In this document: piece by piece, positions 8,284-15,904 of the stretch
Numbering within the stretch: position 1 is the first letter of the stretch
How the letters are laid out: each line of letters begins with the position of its first letter
Assembly: GCA_024225875.1 (NCBI GenBank)
Contig: JAAEMD010000027.1
Span: 1 to 34,606 of the forward strand
Length of the DNA: 34,606 nt
Direction of reading: 5' to 3'
DNA from: a bacterium
GTDB taxonomy: Bacteria; Margulisbacteria; Marinamargulisbacteria; JAAEMD01
Notes under the pieces: model-generated
Told to the model about the DNA's origin: nothing
What the model saw: the letters and a program-made list of their open reading frames with translations, nothing else
Databases searched by the model: none
Translations under genes and position numbers: made by a program

Positions 8284-9894
8284 ATGGCAGAAATAGATTT
8301 TGAAGCAGAAGATGATTACGAAAATGATCCAGAAGAAGATTTATATGGAGATAGTGAATCAGATAATTTTTCTAATGCAGATAATGATATAGACAGTAAT
8401 ACATCCGAAAGTTTATTTTCACGTCGCCGCATAATAGTTGTACTTTCTATTATTGGCGTTGTTTTTTTAGTCAGCTTTTTTCTTTTCGGCATCAGAAATA
8501 ATAAAAATAAACCAGGTAAAAATGCTTCATTCAGCTCTGGGTATACTTCTTTAGATACTAAGCCTGAAAAAAAGAGTAAAAAGAAAAAGAAGCGTATTAA
8601 GTTTGAAAAACTATATGACTTAACATCACTCCAGCTCCCTGATGTTTTAAGAGAGCTGAGTTTAGCAGGCATAGCATTCAAAACAGAGCAGAAAGGAAAA
8701 AACTATTCTATATCAGTAGATAGCAGTCAATCAGAAAAAGCAAAGAACCTTCTTGCTGTAAAAGGGCTGCCATCAAGTGGCGCCAGAGGTTATCAGCTTT
8801 TAGATAAATCCCAAACTCTGGGAGTTACTGAATTTGACAAAAGAATTAGATTTTTAAGGGCACTTTCGGAAGAGCTTGAAAAAGCAATAATGCAGTTCGA
8901 TGCTATTGATAGTTGTAAAGTACAAATTGTTATACCGGAACAACGGCTTTTTGCAGTTACTCAACCACCTGTAACATCCTCTATTCTATTAAGGAAAACT
9001 ACTTCTGCAAAATTAACAGATGAACTGGTATTTAGTGTAATTGAACTGGTATCTAATGCAGTCGAAAACCTCCAGCCTGAAAACATATCAGTAATTGATA
9101 CGGAAGGTCATGTTTTATCTAAAGGTCTCTTAGAAAGAATGTCTAAAACAGACCGTATTAGAAGAAGACAGAAGGCAGAACAAAAAAAAGTAATAATACA
9201 GGCAAAAAAACTACCAAAAGTAGGTCAGCCGATTATTCCTGATTTCAATAGAATAAAACACTGGTATGAAGTAAAAAAACAGTTTGAGGAGTCTCTTGAA
9301 GATAAAGCTGGTAAACAGCTGACCGGCATTCTACCTGTTGGTAGTTTTAAAATCGCTATTACAGCAGATATCGGGCCTCTGGAGGAAGGTAAAATAGTCG
9401 ATATAAAACGCCTTTCAGCAAGTGTTGTAGTTGATAATGCGAACGATGATATAGAACTGGATACATCAACAAAAACTCAAATATATAATACTATCGCAGC
9501 CTCTATCGGTTATATTAAAAAAAGAGACTCCATACGACTAAGCAAAGCTAACTTTTCTCTGCTTTCACAGGATGAAAAAGATGATCTAGTCAAAAAACAA
9601 AAGCATAAAAGGCTTCTAAAGTTAATATCAAAATACAGCAGCATAGCACTTCTAGCAATTATAGTTCTCGGTATTATTATTTTTATTTACAGGAAAATAA
9701 AAAAGAAAAAAGAAACTTCTGCACCAATAATGTCCAGTGAATCACGCGAAACTGATTTTTCTGATATCCAGGATGAAATCAGTAGTGATAAAAAACTGGA
9801 AGAAATAAAATATTATACATTATCTAACCCGGACATAATCGCGCAGATAATGGAAGAGTGGCTTACAAGTGCAAAAGAGGAGGTTTTTCAATAA
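8284..9894 (+). CDS. fliF: Flagellar MS-ring protein FliF
   Basis: N-terminal TM helix, then a YscJ/FliF-type periplasmic region (LSLAGIAFK..., GLPSSGARGYQLLDKSQTLGVTEFDKRIRFLRALSEELEKAIMQFDAIDSCKVQIVIPE). A second TM helix sits near the C-terminus. It precedes fliG with a TAATG overlap. Confidence 0.8.
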   Translation: MAEIDFEAEDDYENDPEEDLYGDSESDNFSNADNDIDSNTSESLFSRRRIIVVLSIIGVVFLVSFFLFGIRNNKNKPGKNASFSSGYTSLDTKPEKKSKKKKKRIKFEKLYDLTSLQLPDVLRELSLAGIAFKTEQKGKNYSISVDSSQSEKAKNLLAVKGLPSSGARGYQLLDKSQTLGVTEFDKRIRFLRALSEELEKAIMQFDAIDSCKVQIVIPEQRLFAVTQPPVTSSILLRKTTSAKLTDELVFSVIELVSNAVENLQPENISVIDTEGHVLSKGLLERMSKTDRIRRRQKAEQKKVIIQAKKLPKVGQPIIPDFNRIKHWYEVKKQFEESLEDKAGKQLTGILPVGSFKIAITADIGPLEEGKIVDIKRLSASVVVDNANDDIELDTSTKTQIYNTIAASIGYIKKRDSIRLSKANFSLLSQDEKDDLVKKQKHKRLLKLISKYSSIALLAIIVLGIIIFIYRKIKKKKETSAPIMSSESRETDFSDIQDEISSDKKLEEIKYYTLSNPDIIAQIMEEWLTSAKEEVFQ

Positions 9895-10982
9895 TGTTAA
9901 CAGGTAAAGAAAAAGCTCAGATTCTACTTGCTTTATTAGAAGATCAAGCTCAAAACGTTTTAGCTAAACTATCACCTGAAAGTTCCGCCTTATTAACTTC
10001 CTCCATAGAAGACGCTCCTAAACCAGACCCTGCTGATCTTAATATTTTATTTTCAGAAGTACTGACAAAAGTTGATGAAATAAAAAGTAAATCTCTACTG
10101 GACGCACCAGATAATGAAGAGCATCTTGAAAGTATAGATAAAACAACTGGAGAAGAAAGTCTATTATATAGTGATGATGAAAATAAAGAAGGCGAGATAA
10201 GCAATAAAGATATAACAGATGCAGGAGAAAGTGATAGCCTTATAGAAGATCCCGAAGATAATTCGGAAGAAGAGCCACCTCAGCGGGATATATCAGAAAT
10301 AGCAGATATCCTGTCAAGACAAAAGCCGCAGATTATAGCTTTTTTCCTGGCTAAAGTTGATGATGAAATGCGTGTCCGGCTGATAGAACATCTACCAAAA
10401 AAAATACGCTCTCAAATAGAAAGCCATGAAATAGAGCCCATACCAATCTCAGACAGTGTTTTTAAAAATCTATACGAAAGCATACTAAAAAGTGCTGAAC
10501 CAAAAACTGATGACCAGGAAGCTGATAAAATCAAAGAAGCAGAAGAAGGCTCCTTTTCAGACCATACGTTAGTATCTGAAACTTCTTCTTTCTCAGATAA
10601 AAGTGACTTTGAGGATGATCTATCTGATCATTTACAAGACAACAGCACATCTGCAATACCGGAAAATGATGCTGATATCGATTCTTTATCCAGTGACTTT
10701 ATTCAAAACCAGGACCAGGTTTTAAACACAGCAGAAGAATCTGAAAACTTATCCAGCTCAATAGTAGATCTGGATTCAGAATTAACACCTGAAGAGTTTA
10801 ACGAAAATAGTCTGGATGATTATGATATCATTCCTGATGAACAGGAAACAAAAGGTACGACTGAAGATGATATTATATCTTTAGACTCTCAGGACGAAGA
10901 TATTATACAGGAAAATGATATCTTTGAAGAAGATCTTGAAGACGCAATAGACCTGGAAAACTCTGATAATCTCTCATTTTAA
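9894..10982 (+). CDS. FliG-like protein: FliG N-terminal domain plus the first part of the middle domain, then an acidic low-complexity tail (no recognisable C-terminal torque domain)
   Basis: LTGKEKAQILLALLEDQAQNVLAKLSPE aligns with the FliG N-terminus. ISEIADILSRQKPQIIAFFLAKVDDEMRVRLIEHLPKKIRSQI aligns with the EHPQ-containing segment of the FliG middle domain. The start is set at ATG 9894 (TAATG overlap with fliF, AGAGGAGG upstream) rather than the track start 9858. Confidence 0.65.
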   Translation: MLTGKEKAQILLALLEDQAQNVLAKLSPESSALLTSSIEDAPKPDPADLNILFSEVLTKVDEIKSKSLLDAPDNEEHLESIDKTTGEESLLYSDDENKEGEISNKDITDAGESDSLIEDPEDNSEEEPPQRDISEIADILSRQKPQIIAFFLAKVDDEMRVRLIEHLPKKIRSQIESHEIEPIPISDSVFKNLYESILKSAEPKTDDQEADKIKEAEEGSFSDHTLVSETSSFSDKSDFEDDLSDHLQDNSTSAIPENDADIDSLSSDFIQNQDQVLNTAEESENLSSSIVDLDSELTPEEFNENSLDDYDIIPDEQETKGTTEDDIISLDSQDEDIIQENDIFEEDLEDAIDLENSDNLSF

Positions 10983-11014
10983 TTTTTTATAAATCCTGCC
11001 TTTTATATATACTA

Positions 11015-11127
11015 TAGCTGGTACAAATTGAAATGTCCGTTTAAATGTCTGAGTGCTGTGTACTTGCGTACATAAACGAAGTCATTTAAAAACTTTAAGT
11101 GTCAGAGATTTTATTTTGGATCAGCTA
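11015..11127 (+). repeat. Family-A palindromic MITE-like repeat, copy 1 (113 bp)
   Basis: TAGCTGGTACAAATTGAAATGTCCGTTTAAAT...TTTTGGATCAGCTA. It is near-identical to the copies at 28445, 28756, 28868 and 31419. TA flanks both ends. It lies between the convergent fliG and lnt genes. Confidence 0.9.
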
Positions 11128-12631
11128 TATGATCTGACAATAATAAAGAATATATTATTAATATAATGGATATATAAACAAATATATTGCCAGTGATACT
11201 ATATAAGCTCTTATTATCACGTATTAAAAAACTTTCATTTATGATACCTTTTTTATTCAACTGCATTTTAGCTATTACTTTTCCCTTATTAGAAACCAGA
11301 CCTGATATGCCCGTATTCGAAACCTGTATCATAAACCGATCATTTTCTACTGCTCTTAATATACTCATCTGGAAAAGCTCTTCTGCGGCTATAGACCCAA
11401 AAAACCATGCATTATTAGCAAGGAAACATAAAATATCAGCTCCTTTGTTTACACCTTTTCTACTAATTTCAGGATAAATTGATTCCAGGCAAATACCCCC
11501 AGCTACTTTTAATTCTTTTACTGACAGGCACATTGGTTCATTTCCCCTTTCATAGTCTGATGTAACAAGGTCTTCATCAAAAAATTTTATAATATTTTTT
11601 GCCGGCCAGTATTCCCCGAATGGCATCAATCTAGTCTTTTTATAGTACTTTAAATTTATACCTTTATCATCAATAACAACTGCAGCATTATAATATTTAC
11701 CATCCTCATGTACAGGAGTTCCAAATATTATTGATATCTTATATTTATCAGCGATCCATTTAAGCTTACGAATAAATTCCGTACTTTCCAGATTAAAGAC
11801 CGGGGTGATCGTTTCCGGCCAGATTACAATATCAGGCTGGCCCTTAACTGCCTCAAGGGTCATATTTATATAGTCCTGCCGTATTAACGGCCAGTATTTT
11901 TTTTGCATTTTTTTTGACTGCTCATGGTTTGCCTGGATAATTGCTGCCTTTACTTCTTTATAGTCTTTACTTATAGCCGCCATGTTATCTTCTTTAGAAA
12001 GCTGTCGCCATCCAGATAAAAAAACAATAGTGCTTACTAACATTAAAATTATAAAATGCTTTTTTATCTCCTGGCCGCTTATCAGCTTCCATAACAAAAC
12101 ATTACATAAAACAATAAAAAAAGATAATCCATACAGCCCAAAACCAGAAGCTGTCTGCAGTACTGGTAAAAAAGAAGACTGCGAGTACCCCAGTGCACCG
12201 GCAGAGCTTCCCACAGGACCTGCTGTTCTTAACCATTCAGCAAATATCCAGCAGGCAGGAAAGAGGTAAATATCAGGAATTGAGTTCCTGCCCCAGGCAT
12301 ATAAAAACATCGCTGTCCCATAAAAAAGTGCATAGAATAAAGAAGCTGCAACCCATAAAATCACAACATAATACCAGGCTGCCCATGCCTGCAGCTCCAG
12401 CATCCATCTATGAAAATAGAGCATTATTATAAAGCCATAAACTAACCCTCTAAAAAAAAACTTTCTTCTTATACCTGACTTTGCGTACCTCTGATTAGAA
12501 TCTGCTGCTTTATTCAAATCAAACAGCAGTGGTATTAGACATATATATGCTATAAAAAATAAGTTAACTCCAGGGAAAATCAGACACGTCAGAAGTGCCG
12601 AAATAACTGTTATAATATTCTTACCTCCCAT
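11111..12631 (-). CDS. lnt: Apolipoprotein N-acyltransferase Lnt
   Basis: Multi-TM N-terminal half plus a C-terminal CN-hydrolase domain with WPE (IVIWPETITP), K (YYKKTRLMPFGEY) and C (GGICLESIYPE) triad contexts. The last 5 codons and the stop lie inside repeat copy 1. Confidence 0.85.
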   Translation of the reverse strand: MGGKNIITVISALLTCLIFPGVNLFFIAYICLIPLLFDLNKAADSNQRYAKSGIRRKFFFRGLVYGFIIMLYFHRWMLELQAWAAWYYVVILWVAASLFYALFYGTAMFLYAWGRNSIPDIYLFPACWIFAEWLRTAGPVGSSAGALGYSQSSFLPVLQTASGFGLYGLSFFIVLCNVLLWKLISGQEIKKHFIILMLVSTIVFLSGWRQLSKEDNMAAISKDYKEVKAAIIQANHEQSKKMQKKYWPLIRQDYINMTLEAVKGQPDIVIWPETITPVFNLESTEFIRKLKWIADKYKISIIFGTPVHEDGKYYNAAVVIDDKGINLKYYKKTRLMPFGEYWPAKNIIKFFDEDLVTSDYERGNEPMCLSVKELKVAGGICLESIYPEISRKGVNKGADILCFLANNAWFFGSIAAEELFQMSILRAVENDRFMIQVSNTGISGLVSNKGKVIAKMQLNKKGIINESFLIRDNKSLYSITGNIFVYISIILIIYSLLLSDHIADPK

Positions 12632-13380
12632 GACACAATATTAGCTGATTCATCTGCCTTGCCACTTTGGGAATCCGTCTTATTAACTCTTTCTTTTCCT
12701 GCTTTCAAGTCAATATTTGCTTCAGATAAATCATATAAAACATCCTGTAGATAGCCTGTTTCCAGGTTTTTAGTCTCATCTTTTTTACAAGTAATAAAAG
12801 CAAAATATAAAGTTTTATTATTATCTAATATATCCTGGCTGTTAAATACCAGGGTTATTGTTTTGCCGTTTACATTAAAGTCAAAATCAAATTTCTGTTC
12901 CGGCGGATAGTTTGCTAAATGATTATTAGCAGATGTTGCTTTATCAAAAGCTTCAGCACCTGATTTATAAAGCACAGCACCCTGATCAGAACAGATAATA
13001 TAATCAGACCAGGAAGAAAAATAGGTCCTGTAAAAATAGTTTACTCCCTCTTTAAGCGTTAAATCATAATTAAATTCATCATATGCTCTACCCGGGAAAG
13101 GAAAGTATTCCTGCTGTGCTATTACATTTAATGATGGAACCACCGGGCTACCAGACACTGAAAAAACAATATAATAATCATAATGGTCCAGATCAACATT
13201 ACCTGACATCGTTAACTTCATTTCCATTCTTAAGATTGTCGATTTATCACTAACAGTCCTTGCACAACTTAATAATAACAACATCCCGGTAATAATAAGG
13301 CTTCTGAAAAGATATATTCTCCCTTTGCACCAAAACTGTTCAAAATTCAATCTGTTAAAACCTCTCTGCTGATGCATCAT
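12610..13380 (-). CDS. Hypothetical lipoprotein (operonic with lptD and lnt)
   Basis: Signal peptide with lipobox LLLSC. Its start overlaps the lptD stop and its stop overlaps the lnt start. I recognise no family motif. Confidence 0.6.
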   Translation of the reverse strand: MMHQQRGFNRLNFEQFWCKGRIYLFRSLIITGMLLLLSCARTVSDKSTILRMEMKLTMSGNVDLDHYDYYIVFSVSGSPVVPSLNVIAQQEYFPFPGRAYDEFNYDLTLKEGVNYFYRTYFSSWSDYIICSDQGAVLYKSGAEAFDKATSANNHLANYPPEQKFDFDFNVNGKTITLVFNSQDILDNNKTLYFAFITCKKDETKNLETGYLQDVLYDLSEANIDLKAGKERVNKTDSQSGKADESANIVSWEVRIL

Positions 13381-15904
13381 CCAGAACTCCTTCTATTTTG
13401 GATATTTCCTTATTCTTGACATAACCTATACTATCTTCAGGAAAAGCCAGAACTGTTACCTTAAAACGGATTTCCTCTCTATTCATATCATAGGTAAATT
13501 GAAATCTCCTGCAATGATCATTCTTAATTATAGAATAGTTTTGTAACTCGTAACGATTAGCTCGAATTGTCTGCATCTGACCATTATAATTCATATATTG
13601 ATAATATGCCTCTATCTCCCACCGGTTGTCCTGGTCTCCACCAAAATTAAAATTCACCTTTAAACTGGAATCTCTAATCGAAGCCAGCTCACCTTTATCA
13701 TTTCTAAAATTATCGTTATGAAAAATATTAAAACTAAATTCTAAATTTTCCAATGGTGCTAATTGAATATCAATAATCCGGGGCTTATGTTTTGCTCCTT
13801 CAAATCCTGAACCGTTAAAATTTATTCCATAAGTCATATTAAATTTAAATATTTTATTTGGATTAATAAGCAGAGTAACACTATGATCATTACGTTCACC
13901 TGTTAAAAGGTTATAACCTCCGGTATGCTGCCATTTATATTTAGATTCACTATCCCAGTAAAAAGTTATTACCTCTGTAAAAGAGTCAGTATCCGAACGT
14001 TTCTCACTATCAAAACGGAAAAAAGGTGAATTAGAACGGTTATTATTATTTTCTTCATCATTAGGACTAAAACCGCGATTAAAAATTGTACTTGTTTTAA
14101 AAAAACCAAGGTCCATAGTATGATCGACTTTAAAGTTATACTTATATAAAGCATCCCCTTCAAATAATGAGTAACCGGCGTTTTTAAAAATATACTGATC
14201 ATAACTGGCCGATAAAAAAAGGCTGGAATCAGCAGGCAAATCTGAAAACCGCTTGTTCAGCGACTGTTTAAAAATATATGTATTCGGCTCTACTCCAAAA
14301 TCTTCCGGCTCCGGAAAAAAGCGGGCTTTACCAGTTCCATTATCATATTGCACTTCCTGGTACCTTGCTATTGTAATTTTTTCAGTTAAACTGATCCCGG
14401 CAAAAAGTTTATCATTATAATTTATATTAAACTCCGGCTGTTTGAAAAGATAATCATTTTTAGAATCATATTTTGACCTTTCTTTAGCTTCCAGATCAAA
14501 AGTATGGTCTATCACCAGATTTACGTTCAGATTATTCCAGATTTCCCTGGAAAAAATTGTAGAAGTATCAAGTCTGTAGTCATTAATACCAGAGGCTGTC
14601 TGCTCCTTATTAAAATCCAGGTCGTTAGACATTTTTATATCATCAGGCAGAAAAACACTTTGTTTTAATGTTGACCTGATATTTTTTCTCTTACTGGAAG
14701 CATAGTCTTCCTTAACTAAATTAAAGCTGTATAAGTCATCGCCATTAAATGATCTGGTTAATTTCAAACTATTCTTTTTATAGTTCTGTCTAAAATCTTC
14801 CTTAGAATATGCACTTAAATCATATTTATCGCCCAGATTATCATATTTAACATTAAAAACACTTTCTTCTACTTTCTTTCTACCACTGGAATTAATAAGT
14901 TCAGCATCAATATTAGTGTACTTTAAATCTAAAGATAAATTATTATCAAACTGCCAGCTTTGCTCCCAGTTCCTTTTGATATTTGGTATTTCATTGTGAT
15001 AAGGAACCAGCTGATAAAAATACATTTGTCCCCGGTTATCAAACAGCTTATACTGATGTTTTATACCTAAACCGGGCCGCCAGTTAGTTTCTTCTATGAT
15101 TGTATTTCCCTCTATCCTGCTCTTTTTAAATTCAAAAAAATCCAGATACAGACTTGAATCTTCACCATCTATATTGTCATAATCAATTGTATTTTGCATA
15201 AACCAGCCCCAGCCAGCTGTTTTCTTCTCTCCTATGGTAGGATTACGCCAGACAATCCTGCGTTTTCCCAGCTCATAAAAATAAACAGGGGTCCAAAAAG
15301 CAAAAGGTACAAATAAAACAGGATTATATATAAATACATTATAACCAATTAACCTTTGATCAGGATAATATTCAAAATACTGCGCCCAGACAAAATAATG
15401 ACGGGACTTATGACTACAACTGGTAAAAAAACCGTTACTGCCACTTTTCATTTTTCCTGTATCATCTAATTTTGAGGCAGAAAGAAAAAGAGGTTTTTCG
15501 TTTTTTTCAGCAGGCACGACCTTAATATTAATATCCTTAAGCTTTACCACTTCTTCATTTAAATCAAAATACAGATAGCTGGAATAAAACTCATCATCAC
15601 CACGTCTAATCCTGATATTACCAGTACCCCAGACATGATTAGATGCCGTGTCTAAACACAACTTTTGGGCCTGCACTTCTATATCACCATATATCAAACG
15701 GACATTTGATGATGCTATCAGGTTATGTGTATCTTCCTGACAATAAATATGATCAGCTGACAATTTAACTTTTTCTTGTGAAAACAGGCCGGAAGCCTGA
15801 CAGGTAATAATAAAGTAAAAACAAAGTACAACAGCTGTATATAAACCTCTTTTTTTAAAAGGATTAACAGTATTTTCTGTATTTTTCAAAAAGCTTTTTT
15901 TCAA
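13355..15904 (-). CDS. lptD: LPS-assembly outer membrane protein LptD (OstA family)
   Basis: Signal peptide, then an OstA-like N-terminal beta-jellyroll segment (LSADHIYCQEDTHNLIASSNVRLIYGDIEVQAQKL...GNIRIRRGDDEF). A long Y/F/N/D-rich beta-barrel-like C-terminal part ends in a C-terminal Phe. Length 849 aa. Confidence 0.75.
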   Translation of the reverse strand: MKKSFLKNTENTVNPFKKRGLYTAVVLCFYFIITCQASGLFSQEKVKLSADHIYCQEDTHNLIASSNVRLIYGDIEVQAQKLCLDTASNHVWGTGNIRIRRGDDEFYSSYLYFDLNEEVVKLKDINIKVVPAEKNEKPLFLSASKLDDTGKMKSGSNGFFTSCSHKSRHYFVWAQYFEYYPDQRLIGYNVFIYNPVLFVPFAFWTPVYFYELGKRRIVWRNPTIGEKKTAGWGWFMQNTIDYDNIDGEDSSLYLDFFEFKKSRIEGNTIIEETNWRPGLGIKHQYKLFDNRGQMYFYQLVPYHNEIPNIKRNWEQSWQFDNNLSLDLKYTNIDAELINSSGRKKVEESVFNVKYDNLGDKYDLSAYSKEDFRQNYKKNSLKLTRSFNGDDLYSFNLVKEDYASSKRKNIRSTLKQSVFLPDDIKMSNDLDFNKEQTASGINDYRLDTSTIFSREIWNNLNVNLVIDHTFDLEAKERSKYDSKNDYLFKQPEFNINYNDKLFAGISLTEKITIARYQEVQYDNGTGKARFFPEPEDFGVEPNTYIFKQSLNKRFSDLPADSSLFLSASYDQYIFKNAGYSLFEGDALYKYNFKVDHTMDLGFFKTSTIFNRGFSPNDEENNNNRSNSPFFRFDSEKRSDTDSFTEVITFYWDSESKYKWQHTGGYNLLTGERNDHSVTLLINPNKIFKFNMTYGINFNGSGFEGAKHKPRIIDIQLAPLENLEFSFNIFHNDNFRNDKGELASIRDSSLKVNFNFGGDQDNRWEIEAYYQYMNYNGQMQTIRANRYELQNYSIIKNDHCRRFQFTYDMNREEIRFKVTVLAFPEDSIGYVKNKEISKIEGVLDDASAERF

